A stretch of DNA of 64,000 nt from Mobula hypostoma. Lineage: Eukaryota. The position numbers and the translations under genes are program-made. This document shows positions 1 through 13,284 of this stretch, one piece after another (position 1 is the stretch's first letter; every line of letters starts with the position of its first letter). Under the pieces are notes generated by a model. It did no database searches, was not told where the DNA came from, and was given only the letters and a program-made list of their open reading frames with translations. The DNA is taken from contig NC_086097.1 of the NCBI RefSeq assembly GCF_963921235.1, positions 226,922,001 through 226,986,000 on the forward strand, in the 5' to 3' direction.

Positions 1-299
1 TCATGGACAAAACGAATATCTAACGAGGATTCATGAACAGAGCAAGCACAAAAAGAGAAATAATGTATGAGATCATGAAAAGGCAACATAACTTAATTGG
101 ACATGTGATTAGGAAAGAGGAGTTAGAATGCACGGTAATTATGGGAAAGATTGAAGGGAAGAAAGCAAAAGGAAGGCAAAGACTAATGATGATGGAGACA
201 GCAGCCAAAGAACTGGAACTGAAATTCCAAAACAGGAGTGTGTGGGCCATGGCAGTCAAAGCTCAAATTGGGCATGGCACCTGATAATGATGATGATGA
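1..299 (+). mobile_element. RTE-clade LINE 3' end
   Basis: Peptide KRQHNLIGHVIRKEELECTVIMGKIEGKKAKGRQR resembles an RTE ORF C-terminus; followed by a (TGA)n tail at ~282-299. Confidence 0.75.
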
Positions 300-3060
300 G
301 ACTGGGAGCACAGGCTATACGATAAGATGGTTGAAGAACAGTGGAAGACTTTCAAAGAGATTTTTTCCACGGTGCTCAACAAGAGTATATTCCAATTAAA
401 AGCGAGGACAGTAAGGGGAGGAAAGAGCCAGCCTTGGGTAACTAAGGAAATAAAATAAGACATCAGACTAATAGCTTGTTCATACAAAGTTGCCAAGAGT
501 AGTGGGAAACTGGAAGATTGAGTAAACTTCAAAAAGCAATAAACAATCCCTAAGCGAGCAATAAAGGAAGGGAAGATAGATTATGTAAATAAACTAGCAC
601 AAAATATAAAAACAGATGGTAGAAGTTTTTATAATTATGTAAAGTGGAAAAGGGTGGCTAAAGTGAACTTAGGTTCCTTGGAGAACAAGAAGGGGGAATT
701 GATATTGGATAATGAGGAAATTGCTGAGGCTTTGAATGTCTATTTTCTGTCGGTCTTCACAGTGGAGGACATGTCTAACATGCCAAAGAGAGATGTTATG
801 GATGTGATGGGAGGTGAGGACCTTGATACAATAGCTATTACTAAAGAGGTAATGCTGAACAAGCTGTGGGCTTGAAGATAGGTAAGTCCCCTGGTCCTGA
901 TAGAATGTGTCCCAGGGTACTAAAAGAAATGGCAGAAGTTACAATAGAGACTTTGGTGATAATTTACCTAAATTCTCTGAACTCTGGGCAGGTCCAGGCA
1001 GATTGGAAGATGGTGAATGTCACACCACTGTTCAAAAAAGGGTGCAGGCAAAAGACAGGTAACTACATACCAGTTAGTTTAACATCTGTAGTTGGGAAAA
1101 TTGCTTGAAGTAGTGAGGCATCTGGAAAGAAATGGATCCATCAGGCAGACACAGCATGGACTCAGCAAAGGCAGGTCTGTTTGACACACTTACTGGAGTT
1201 CCCTAAGGATATAACAAGTGCAGTGGATAGAGGTGAACAGATGGACATTATTTACTTGGATTTCCAGAAGGCATTTGATAAGGTGCCACATAAAAGACAT
1301 CCACAAGATAAGGATACATAAAGTATCCTAGAAAGGCGGGAGGAGAGAGAGCAGCATGCCTGTGCGTGCACAGCCCTCCAGTGAAAAATGATATCGTATC
1401 TGTTAAATAGGGGTCATGGACAGTTCTGATTTGATGGAGAATGGACGTGAAAGCACAGAGGAACATCTGGAGAAATTTCTGAAACGCTCGTTGGCTGCTG
1501 TCATTACTGCGTGGTCGGGAATCTTTCGGAGGGTAGTAGGCCTCAAAATCCCTGGCTTTGCCTGCTGTTGGCCACCGAGGTTGAGGTCGAATCGTTTGGA
1601 CAGAGATGGCGCTCAGTACTCAGTGCCGGAGAGCTGATCAGAGCTCGAAGTTTTCGGATGACTCGGAGTCGGACTGTGGTTGGCATGGCAGGGAGAGTTT
1701 TTCTTTCTTCTCCTGTCTGCGTGAGATGTGGGACATTTGAGAGACTTTGAACTTTTACTGTGCTCATGGACTTCTTCATCAAGTTATGGTATTGTTGCAC
1801 TGTTGTAACTATATGTTATAATTATGTGGATTTGTCAGTTTTTTCAGTCTTGGTCCTGTGTTTTGTGATATCACACTGGAGGAAATACTGTATCATTTCT
1901 TAATGCATGCATTACTAAATGACAATAAAAGAGGACTATGTGTCTTCATAGGTTAAGTTGGAGGTGATGTATTAGCGTGGATAGAGGATTGTTTAACCAA
2001 TAGAAAGAAGGCAGTTGGGATATATGGGTGTTACTCTGGTTGGCATTCAGTGGTGAGCAGAGTGCCGCAGGGGTCGTGGCTGGGCCAGCAACTGTTCATG
2101 ATATACGTTAACGACCTGGAAGAGGGGACTGAGTGTAGTGCATCTAAGTTTGCTGATGACTCTAAATTGAGTGAAAAAGCAAATTGCAGAAGATATGGAG
2201 AGTGTACAAAGAGATATAGATAGGTTAAGTGAATGGGCAAGGATCTGGTAGATGGAGTACAGTGTTGGTAAATGCAAGGTTATCCATTTTAGAAGGAAAA
2301 ATGGAAGATCAGATTATTATTTAAATGGTAAAAAATTGCAGCATGCTGCTGTGCAGAGGGACTTGGGAGTGCTTGTGCATGAATCACAAAAGGTTGGTTT
2401 GCAGGTGCAGCAGGCTATCATAAAAGCAAATAGGATGATGGCTTTCATTGCTAGAGGGATTAGATTTAAGAACAGGGAGGTTATGCGGCAACTGTGCACG
2501 GTACTGGTGAGCACGCCTGGAGTACTGTGTGCATGCAGTTCTGGTCTCCTTACTTGAGGAAGGATAGATTGGATTTGGAGGCGGTGCAGAGGAGTTTCAC
2601 CTGGTTGATTCCAGAGATGAGGGGGTTAGATTATGAGGAGAGATTGAGTCACCTGGGACTGTACTCGCTGGAATTCAGAATTAGAGGAAATCTTATAGAA
2701 ACATCAAATTTTGAAAGGGATATATAAGGTAGAGGCAGGAAAGTTATTTCCACTGGTAAGTGAGAATAGAACTAGGGGACGTAGCCTCAAGATTCAGGGG
2801 AGTGGATTTAAGACTGATATGAGGAGGAACTACTTTTCCCAGAGAGTAGTGAATCTGTAGAATTCTCTGTCCAATGAAGCAGTGGAGGCTACCTCAGTAA
2901 ATATATTTAAGACAAGGTTGGATAGATTTTTGCAGAGTAGGGGAAATTAAGGGTTATGGTGTAAAAGTAGGCAGGTGGAGATGAGTCTGTGGCCAGGTCA
3001 GCCATGATCTTATTGAAGGGGCTGGATGGCCTACTGCTGCTCTTATTTCTTATGTTCTTA
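300..3060 (+). mobile_element. CR1 LINE, degenerate ORF2 plus 3' UTR, interrupted at ~1320-1956
   Basis: Motifs KSPGPD, PVSLTSVVGK, SKFADDSK and QFWSPYLRKD spread over several frames; ends in a cttatttcttatgttctta tail. Confidence 0.92.
1330..1950 (+). mobile_element. ~620 bp non-autonomous retroelement with Rex/Babar-like tail (copy 1)
   Basis: Interrupts the CR1 RT, which resumes as VGGDVLAWIED; collinear homolog at 35933-36613. Confidence 0.7.
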
Positions 3061-3615
3061 TTGGAAACATCCTTTCCACATCTACTCTATCTATAGGCCT
3101 TTTAACATTCAAAAGGTTTCAGTGAGATCCCCCCCCCCCGCCAAACACCTTCTAAATTCCAGCAAGTGCAGACCCAGAACCATCAAGCGTTCCTCGTATG
3201 ATAACCCTTTAATTCCCGGAATCATCCTTGTGAATTGCCTCTGACCCTCTCCAATGTCAGCACGTCTTTTCTTAGATGAGAAGCCCAAAACTGTTCACAA
3301 TACTGAAGGTGAGGCCCCACAAGTACCCAATAAAGCCTCAGCATCACATCCCTGCTCTTGTATTCAAGACCTCTTGAAATGAATGCTAACATTGCATTTG
3401 CCTTCCTCACCACCAACTCAACCTGCAAGTTAATCTTTAGGGTGTTCTGTACAAGGACTCCCAAATTCCTTTGCATTTCAGATTTTTGGATTTTCTCCAC
3501 ATTTAGAAAATAAAGTCTGCATATTTATTTCTGCTACTGAAGTTCGTGATCATGCATTTTCCAGCGTTGTATTTCATTTGCCATTTTCTTGCTCCTTCTC
3601 CTAATCTGTCTAAGT
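3061..3615 (-). mobile_element. CR1 ORF2 C-terminal fragment
   Basis: ORF 3222-3500 contains KANAMLAFISRGLEYKSRDVMLRLY. Confidence 0.85.
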
Positions 3616-3619
3616 CGTA

Positions 3620-3818
3620 AGTATGGTGGTAGAGGCAAATACATTAGAAGTTTTTAAGAAACATCTGGATGGGCACATGGATGGAGAGATATGGACAACC
3701 TGTAGGTAGGAGGGATTAGCGTTTGGGTGTTTTTGATTTGCTTTTTAGCTGGTTCTTCACAACATTTTGGGCCAAATGGCCTGTTCCTGTGCTGTATTCT
3801 TCTATGCTCTATGTTCTA
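3620..3818 (+). mobile_element. CR1 3' end fragment
   Basis: VVEANTLEVFKKHLDGHM followed by a ggcctgttcctgtgctgtattcttctatgctctatgttcta tail. Confidence 0.75.
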
Positions 3819-3868
3819 CCTTCATGTTTCAGTTTCTGAACTGGGCTTTATATGGAGTAGGGCTTTTA

Positions 3869-4160
3869 GGGAAGCACAATAGCACAGATTGTTGGGCTGC
3901 TGCTTCACAGCTCCAGGGATCTGTGTTAAATCCTCACATCTGGTGCAGTCTGTGTGGAATTTATACATTTCAGCTTTGAACCCGTGGACGTGCTGTGGGT
4001 GGTGTGGTTTCCTCCCATAATGTGTGTGAGTTGGCCACTGTATGTTGGTGAGTGTTAAGAGTTTGGGGGAGTTGGGAGAATAAAATATCACTAATATGAA
4101 TGAATGTTTGTTGGTTGGCATGGATGCAGTGGGTGAAGGACAATCTTTGTAGACTCTAGT
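3869..4160 (+). mobile_element. tRNA-derived SINE, V-SINE/HE1 type
   Basis: Degenerate tRNA head; V-domain-like gtctgtgtggaattt...ggtttcctcccat; CR1-like tail. Confidence 0.65.
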
Positions 4161-4822
4161 GAAGAGAAGTGAGTAGCATTTCAAATGTCCTTTAAGTTTA
4201 GATGTAAAAATAATATGTTTCCTGGTGGTTGCAGGTGTAAAATAAAGCACATAGGCAAATGTTGGCCCAGAAGTTTGCGATAATAAATATTGCTGAAGGT
4301 TTGCTCGATACAACAATGTTGATAAAAGTATTGTACTTGCCTTAATTATGCTGCTGTAAGTGTTTTACAATCTCCCTTTTTAACCATTATTGATCAAGAT
4401 TAAGTTGAAATTCAAGTATATTTTCATTTATCTGTATGCATGTGTACTGCCAAACAAAGCAATGTTCCTCCAGACCAATGTACACAACACAGTGCATATA
4501 AATCTTATACATAGTATAAAGGAATATTACAATAAATAAATTAACACATAATAAAATATGTTCCATAAAATTGACATTTAGCATGAGGTGCATTACAACG
4601 TAAGTTAGAAAGTATACAATATAATGCTATATGGCAAATACTCTTATAAAAACATGATAATGCAAACAGAATACTTTTGAGTTCTTAGTGGGGAAGTTTT
4701 CATACTCATTAATTTGTCCACCTAATATTTATTATCCAGTCAACATAATTAAACTCTTTAAATTTTTCTTTTTCCTACTTTGGAATCTTGCTCTTCCCAA
4801 ATTGACTGTTGCCAAACAGCTG

Positions 4823-4932
4823 GAAATGTTGACTGTTTACTCTTTTCCATGAATGCTGCCTAGCCTGCTGAGTTCCTCCAGCATTTTGTGTGTGTTGCTT
4901 GGATTGCAGCATCTGCAGATTTTTCTTTGTTT
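4823..4932 (+). mobile_element. Short PLE family A terminal-repeat fragment
   Basis: gaaatgttgactgtttactc...gagttcctccagcattttgtgtgtgttgc matches the other family A ends; starts at the 3' half of the hammerhead. Confidence 0.8.
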
Positions 4933-7900
4933 ATGTTGCTTTTAATTCTCATTGTTTCAATGTTAGGAACTTCCTTTAGCCACCTACCCTTGCAATTACC
5001 CATTTTCTAGTCTTTTAACCATCTCCCTTCCAAGACACTTGGCTTTCTTGTTGAACTAATTGTTTTTCTCAGGGTGCAACCTGATTTTGTTGAATTGAGG
5101 GAGTTAATGGCAAGAAGAGAATGTGGGGATATGTGAGAGAGATGTTGTTGAACTTCTGAAAATTGGCATTTGTGAGGAATGAATAGTGGAGGATATCATA
5201 GAGGGTTCAGAGTGGGAGAGCGAGGATGTAAAAGTGTTGAGAGAAATTTGAGAAGTGGCATTTCAGATGAAATTGAAAGATAAATCACTTGAACAGGTGA
5301 AGCAAGATGTTTTGAGAGAAAGGGAGAGAGTGTAGAAGTAGAATTAATAATAAATGAGGATGTTGAGAAAGAACTGATGTGAAGATAGTTGATGTTGTGG
5401 CAGCATTTGCTAATTGAAAGAGGAAGCCGAAAGAATGGAAAGAGATGATTATGAGAGCGAGTCCGCATTAGGAATACCTGAGTTCATAGCCTTTGTTTTT
5501 ATTATAAACCTTAAGCAGGCTGAGTACAGAACTGCATAGCTTTCAGACTGGGCTTGAGGCAGATGGGAGCAACTCAGCTGAGAAGAAAATTACACCTAAC
5601 CCGATGTACAATTAACCTGTCTCTCAACAACTTATCTATTGGAGATGCACCTCCTTCTGAGTTCAGCAATAGTAGAAGCACAATTTGGTCTTTATGGAGA
5701 TGGATTGATGGTTTTCATCTTTCTCTGTTATGTGAAAATGGAATACGATAGATATAGAGCAGATTTAGCAGCTCTGACTTGGACATCTGAAGCACATTAA
5801 AACTGACAATAACAGAGCTGTATTCTACTGGAATGAGTAAACTTGTGGTTTAACATTTACTATCAAGCCAATTTAAATGAGAAATTACAGGAATGCTTGT
5901 TGGGAGTGGTTGACACCTCATTTTCAAGTGAAGCTACAACTTGTGGTTTGATAACTAGTGGATATAGGATATAGATATTAGATATAGGATATAGCAATCT
6001 CACAACCAGTGTTCTGAAATAGTCCCACAACCAGAAGTGAATGCACCAATGCTTACTTCAGAGAAGTCAGTGCAATCCGCATGATACAAAAAATGAGTGC
6101 AGTAGATGTGACCTAATAATTTCCAAGCTAATACTACAAACGTAGATCTACTGTTAGGATCTGAGACTGGGCAGGTGACAGTAGTTTCTGTAGGGGAGCA
6201 CTTTGTATCTAGTAATCATAATGCTGTTAGATTCAAGGTAATTATAGAAAGCGATAGGTCTGGTCCTTGGGTTGAGATTCTAAATTGGATAAAGCCAATT
6301 TTGATGGTATCAGAAAAGATCTGACAGTTGTGGCTTGGGGAAGGTTGTTTTTCTGACAAAGGTATATTTGGTAAGTGGAAGGCCTTCAAAAGTGAAATTT
6401 TGAGAGTACAGTGGTTGTATTTTCACTTCAAAATGAAAGGCAAGCATAACTGATTTAGGGAACCTTGTTTTTGAGAGGTATTGAGGCCCTGGTTAAGAAA
6501 ATGAAGGGGGTGCATAGCAGCTATAGGCAGGCAGGAACAAATGAGGAATTCGGTATAAGAAATGCAAGAGAACACTTAAGTAGGAAGTCAGGGTGGGGAA
6601 AAGAAGAAATGAGGTTGCTCTAGCAGACAAGATGAAGGAGAATCATAATGGCTTCTTCAGATATATTAAGAGCAAAAGACATAATTGGTCCTCTGGAAGA
6701 TCAGAGTGGTAATCTATGTGTGGGACCAAAAGAAATGGCGAATATCTTAAATGGATATTTTGCATCTGTAGTTACTCAGAAGACAAACACAGAGTCTATC
6801 GATATGAGGCAATGCAGCAGTGAAATCATATAGATTGCAGAGAAGTATTTGCTGTCTTGAGGAAAATTAGGGGCTGATAGTGGGTTCCATTGGACCCTGT
6901 GGGAGGCTAGTGCAGAAATTGCAGGGGCTCTAGCAGAGTTATGTAAAAGATCCTTAGCCACAGGTGAAGTGCTGGAGGATTGGAAGACAGCTGATGTTGA
7001 ATAAGCACTTCTTGGACTTCCAGCTGGTTATGGGTATCAATTTTAACTGACGTTTTGATGACAAGCTCTGCCATCATCATCAGGGATGATGCCTGGGCGT
7101 GTCTAGTCCAGTGGTGTTTAGTCCTTATCCAATCAGGTTTCCGCTGTCCTACCTTACGTACAATCGAATTCCAAGGTTAACTAGTTTCATGAAGGAGCAC
7201 TGCGAGGCCAGTCAGGAAATGCAACAAACTATCCCAACAACATGCAGTCATCTCACCACCCAAAAATGATTGTCATCAATCAAACTGGGCAAAGCATCAA
7301 TGAAGCGACTAAATCAGTCCTTGCCAAGGACTTAAGCTTTGCTCTGGTTCCCAGGGCTATACCTTATCAGAACTACTTTGGTGAAGTAGAGCAAGCAATC
7401 CAAAAACTACCACTGGATAACATGGAGGAGGTAAGAATAGAGGTCTGCATGGCACTGAAAAGGGCCATTTTGATGAAACCGATCCGAACCGAACATTCAA
7501 TTTACAATGGAGATGGAGAAGAATGATTGCCTCCCGTTCCTGGGTACTCTAATCCGATGGAAACCGGACTTGTACCTCAACAATAACAGCCACCATCTCA
7601 CCTCCCAACATAGAATGGTTCTTTCTATTTTGATTAACTGTGTGAAAACTATTTCAGATCTGGAGAGTCCTAATGAGGAAATGCACGATGTTCCTACAGA
7701 ATGGCTACAAGGCAAAGGAAATCAATTGGGCCCCTAAAAGGGCTGATGGAAAAACCAGAAACCTAATAATGAGGAAGAACCTGTCACTACCGCCTGTTTT
7801 CTTTATATTTCCACAGTTTCTGGAAGGATTGCCAGGATCCTGAAGAAATAATGGATACCAACCACAAATTTGCAAGGAAGCTCAAATCACAGCTTATGTG

Positions 7901-8039
7901 GGTCAAAGATGACCGGCGACTCAGGACAGCTGCCATTTACAGGATTCCCTGTGAATACAGAGCAGCATATAGCGGCAAGATGGGATGCACAGCAAAATGT
8001 TGAATAAACATTGGTTAAATATGGCAGAGTTTGTCATAG

Positions 8040-11000
8040 AATATAGAAAACAGAACATAAAAAAACTATAGCACAAAACAGGCCCTTCGGACCACAATGC
8101 TGTGCAAATATGTATTAACTTTAGAAATTACCTAAGGTTACCCATAGCCCTCTATTTTTCTAAGCTCCAAGTACCTATCCAGGAGTCTCTTAAGACTCTA
8201 TTGTACTGCCTCCGCCACCATCACCGGCAGCCCATTCCACGCACTCACCACTCTCTGCGCAAAAAAAACTTGCCTCTGACATCTCCTCTGTACCTACCTC
8301 CAAGCACCTTAAAACTGTGCCCTCTTGTGAAAGCCATTTCAGCTCTGGGAAAAAACATCTGACTATCCACATGATCAATGCCTCTCATCATCTTATACAC
8401 CTCTATCAGGTCACCTGTTATCCTCCGTTGCTCCAAGGAGAAAAAGCCAAGTTCACTCAACCTGTTCTTGTAAGGCATGCTCCCCAATCCAGGCAACATC
8501 CTTGTAAATCTCCTCTGCACCCTTTCTATGATTTCCACATCCTTCCTGTAGTGAGGTGACCAGAACTGAGCACAATACTCCCGAGTGGGGTCTGACCAGG
8601 GTCCTATATAACATTACCTCTTGGCTCTTAAGCTCAACCCATGGTTGATGTAGGTCAATGCACGGTATGCTTTCTTAACCACACAGTCAACCTGCGCAGC
8701 TGCTTTGTGTGTCCAATGGAGTGGAACCCCAAGATTGCTCTGATCCTCCACTCTGCCAAGAGACTTACATTATTAATACTATATTCTGCCATCATATTTG
8801 ACCCACCAAAATGAACCACTTCACACTTATCTGTGTTGAGCTCCATCTGCCACTTCTCAGCCCAGTTTTACATCCTATTGATGTTTCGCTGTAACCTCTG
8901 ACACTATCCACAACACCCCAACCTTCGTGTTATCGTCATTTATAAAAATCATGAAGAGAAGGGGTCCCAGAACAGATTCCTGAGGCACACGACTGGTCAC
9001 TGACCTCCATGCAGAATATGACCCGTCTACAACCACTCTTTGCCTTTTGTGGGCAAGCCATTTCTGGATCCACAAAGCAATGTCTCCTTGGATCCCATGC
9101 CTCCTTACTTTCTCAATAAGCTTTGCATGGGATAACTTATCAAATGCCTTGCTGAAATCCATATACACTACATCTACTGCTCTACCTTCATTAACGTGTT
9201 TAGCCACATCCTCAAATCAGGCTCATAAGGCAAGGTCTGCCTTTGTCATGGCCAGGCTGACTATTTTTAATCCTATTATGCCTCTCCAAATGTTCATAAA
9301 TCCTGCCTCTCATAGATCTTTTCCATCAACTTACCAACCACTGAAGTAAGGCTCACTGGTCTATAATTTCCTGGGCTATCTCTACTCCTTTTCTTGAATA
9401 AGGAACTACATCTGCAACCCTCGAATCCTCTGGAACCACTCCCATCCCCATTGATGATGCAAAGATCATTGCCAGAGGTTCAGCAATCTCCTCCCTCGCC
9501 TCCCACAGCAGCCACGGTACATCTTGTCTAGTCCCAGAGACTTAAAAACTTGATACTTTCCAAAATCTCCAGCACATCCTCTTCCTTAATATCCATATGC
9601 TCAAGCTTTTCAGTCCGCTATAAGTCATCCCTACAATCACCAAGATCCTTTTCTGTAGTGAATACTGAAGCAAAGTATTCATTAAGTACCTTAGCTATCT
9701 CCTCCGGTTCCATACACACTTTTCTACCATCACACTTGATTGATCCTATTCTCTCATGTCTTATCCTCTTGCTCTTCACGTACTTGTAGAATGCCTTGGG
9801 TTTTTTTTTAATCCTGCTCGCCAAGGCCTGCTCATGGCCCCTTCTGGCTCTCCTAATTTCATTCTTGAGCTCCTTCCTGCTAAGCTGATAATCTTCTAGG
9901 TCTCTATCATTACCCAGTTTTTTGAACCTTTCGTAAGCTTTTCTTCTTGACTAGATTTTCAATAGCCTTTGTACACCACAATTCCTGTACCCTAGTATTC
10001 TTTCCCTGTCTCATTGGAATGTACCTATGCAGAACGCCACACAAATATCCCCTGAACATTTGTCACATTTCTGCCATACATTTCCCTGTTCCCATTTTAT
10101 GCTTCCAAGTTCCTGCCTGATAACTTCATATTTCCCCTTACTCCAATTAAGCATTTTCCTAACCTGTCTGTTCCTATCCCTCTCCAATGCTACAGTAAAG
10201 GAGATAGAATTGTGATCACTATCTCCAAAATGCTCTCCCACCGAGAGACCTGATACCTGACCAGGTTCATTTCCCAAAACCAGATCAAGTACAGCCTCTC
10301 CTCTTGTTGGCTTATCTACATTTTGTGTCAAGAAACCTTCCTGAACACACCTAACAAACTCCACCCCATCTAAACCCCTTGCTCTAGGGAGATGCCAATC
10401 AATATTTGGGAAATTAAAATCTCCCACCACGACAACCCTGTTATTATTACACCTTTCCAGAATCTGTCTCCCTATCTGCTCCTGGATGTCCCAGTTACTA
10501 TTGGGTGGTCTATAAAAAACACCCAGTAGAGTTATTGACCCCTTCCTGTTTCTAACTTACACCTACAGAGACTCCATAGACAATCCCTCCATGTCTTCGT
10601 CCTTTTCTGCAGCCGTGACGCTATCTCTGATCAGCAGTGCTATGCCTCCACCTCTTTTGCCTCCTTTCTGAAACATCTAAAGCCTGGCACTGCTAAGTAA
10701 CCATTCCTGCCCCTGAGCCATCCAAGTCTCTGTAATGGCCACAACATCATAGCTCCAAGTACTGATCCACGCTCTAAGCTCATCTGCTTTGTTCATGATG
10801 TATCTTGCATTAAAATAGACACATCTCAAACCATCGATCTCAGCATATTCCTTCCCTGTCACCTGCCTATCCTCCTTCTTGCACTGTCTCCAAGCTTTCT
10901 CTATATGTGAGCCATCTGCCCCTTCCTTTGTCTCTTCAGTTTGGTTTCTACCTCCCAGCAATTCTAGTTTAAACTCTCCCCAATAGCCTCAGCAAACCTC

Positions 11001-11625
11001 CCTACCAGGATATTGGTCCCTCTCAGATTCAAATGCAACCTATCCTCTCTGTATAAGTCACGCTTGATCCAGAAGATGTCCCAGTGATCCAGAAATCTGA
11101 ATCCCTGCCCCCTGCTCCAATCTTTCAGCCATGCATTTATCCTCCACCTCATTCTATTCCCATATTCACTGTCGCGTGGCACAGGCAGTAATCTCAAGAT
11201 TACTACCTTTGAGATCCTGCTTCTCAACTTCCTTCCTAACTCCCTGTAGTCTGTTTTCAGGACCACCTCCCTTTTCCTACCTATGTCATTGGTACCAATA
11301 TGTACCACGAACTCTGGCTTTTCACCTTCCCACTTCAGGATATCGCGGACACGATCAGAAACATCCTGGACCCTGGCACCTAGGAGGGAGACTACCATCC
11401 GCGTTTCTTTCCTCCGTCCATAGAATCGCCTTTCTGACCCTCTAATTATAGAGTCCCCTATCACTGCTGCCTTCTTCCTTTCCCTACCCTTCTGAACCAC
11501 AGGGCCAGACTCTGTGCCAGACACTGTTGCTTCCTCCAGGTAGGCTGTTCCCACCCAACAGTACCCAAAGAAGAGTACTTACTGTTAAGGGGGTACTCTC
11601 TAGTATCTGACTTCTGCCCTTCCTG
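8040..11625 (-). mobile_element. Near full-length CR1 (ORF1 esterase + degenerate EN/RT ORF2)
   Basis: VGDFNFPNIDW, LDLVL, SDHN and YMDFSKAFDK; 3' tail at ~8040-8105. Confidence 0.95.
10964..11554 (-). pseudogene. CR1 ORF1 SGNH/GDSL esterase domain
   Basis: VIGDSII, GARVQD, HIGTNDI and DRLHL blocks in one open frame. Confidence 0.85.
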
Positions 11626-11629
11626 TCAT

Positions 11630-12097
11630 TGAAAGATCCGGGAGTAAAGGAGTTTATATATAAGCAACGTTTGGCAACTTTGGTCCTGTGCTCACAGGAA
11701 TTTAGAAGAATATGTGGGGATCTCGTTGAAACCTACCAAATGTTGAATGGATTAGATGGGGTGAATGCGGAGAGGATGTTCCTTATAGTCGGTGTATCCA
11801 GATCCAGCTGCGAAATTGATGGGTGACTCTGTAGAACAGAGGTAAAGAGGAATTTTTTTAACCAGAGGGTAGTAAACCTGTGGATTGCTGTGCCACAGAC
11901 TGTGGTGAAGGCCAAGTCTGTGGGTATATATAAGGCAGAAGTTGATAGTTTCCTGATTGATCAGGGCATCAAAGGTTATGGCGAGGTCAGGTGTGTGGGG
12001 TTGAGTGGGATCTGCGATTAGCCATGATGGAATGGCAGAGCAGACTTGATGGGCTGAATGGCCTAATTCTGCTCCTATGTTTTATGGTCTTATGATC
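11630..12097 (+). mobile_element. CR1 3' fragment
   Basis: EFRRICGDLVETYQML; tail gctcctatgtttatggtcttatgatct. Confidence 0.85.
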
Positions 12098-12340
12098 TAA
12101 GGAACACAGGCAGTAGCAGAACATTGCACTTGCAATGGCCGTAGGATTGAGTTTGACAGCACAAAGATACTTTGTTTCACCAATGGCTTTTGGGACTGCC
12201 TGGTTAAGGAAGCCAATGAAATAATACAAGAGGAAAAGAATTTGAACAAAGACGAAGAGCTAGCTCTAAGTCTGAGCTGGAGTTCGATTTTAAACCAGGT
12301 TGGAGAGTGGAGGCATACCCAGGCATGCCCAGGTATTCAT

Positions 12341-12379
12341 CCCTGATGAAGAAGGCAGAGTTTGTCATCGAAATGTTGG
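12341..12379 (+). ncRNA. Minimal hammerhead ribozyme, PLE family B (decayed)
   Basis: CC-CTGATGA-a-stem II-GAAA-tgtt-GG; the inverted copy at ~7048-7085 keeps the cgtc cleavage end. Confidence 0.65.
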
Positions 12380-12492
12380 TTAACATTGGTACCTGCATTT
12401 AGCTGAAAGCCCGAGAAGAGTCTATTCATCATACATGCCAGGAAAGCACTACTTTTTTCATAGCTAATGTTGTTCCATTGTTTTTGGTCCAC

Positions 12493-13284
12493 TGTTTTAC
12501 GTGTCCAGCAGCAATGGATATGAAATTGAGTCAGATTATATAAACAAATCAGGATATTTATTAACCTGTGCTCAAAACATGGAAAAGTAAATAAATGATT
12601 AACTTAACCGGAAGTTAACAGTTAGGCGACTATATCGAACAAACAGTCAAACTTATAAACTGTTCTTAAAGGGTTCTCATCCAAGAACAGACTTGAAGTG
12701 GTAAGTTCAAAAGTCCATGTGATTTATACAGTCATTAAGGAGAAACTTCCCTGAAACAACGATTCCTTCGAAGCAATGACGAATCTGTCGATCTCAACTG
12801 AGAGATGCCTTGTCTAAAGGAATCACGAAGAAATAAAGGAACTGACCTTTTGACTGGAGGGTGGTCACTGCACAAACCTTCCCGCCCTGGCTGGGGTTTT
12901 ACTCAAATGTGCATGCCACAATTCCGGAACGAAGATTAAAAAGGTCGATCATTCCCTAGAAGCTGAACGACATTAACTTTACCTAATCCTTTGAACTCGG
13001 ATAACTGTGGTAATGCCTTCACTCTCCGATATTGGACTGTAAGGGGAACAAAAATGTGCAACAAACAAAACCGGTGGTGTTCCAAACATCCGACCAACAA
13101 CAACAATGTTGTACTCAAAATAAAAATGAGAGCTGCGTCACCGTGGCGGGCTTTTTCTTTTATACCATGCCATTACGTGACATCACATCACCCCACGGTC
13201 ATGAGACAATTATATCATGCCCATCAAGAGATAATGACATAATGCTCACAAGCCAATTACATCATGCTCACGGGATATGTAACA
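12493..13284. mobile_element. Probable solo LTR
   Basis: TG...CA ends with imperfect inverted termini (tgttttacgtgtcc / ggatatgtaaca); ~790 bp non-coding block interrupting the CR1 RT; no clear TSD. Confidence 0.55.

Larger units (their letters stand above)
7000..12461 (+). mobile_element. PLE family B with 5' inverted terminal repeat, interrupted by CR1 copies
   Basis: SVLAKDLSFA, IQFTMEMEKNDCLPFL, IYRIPCE (GIY-YIG) and AVAEHC...LVKEANEI; inverted repeat at ~7000-7170; TSD agct(g/a)atgttg at 6989-6999 and 12462-12472. Confidence 0.8.
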
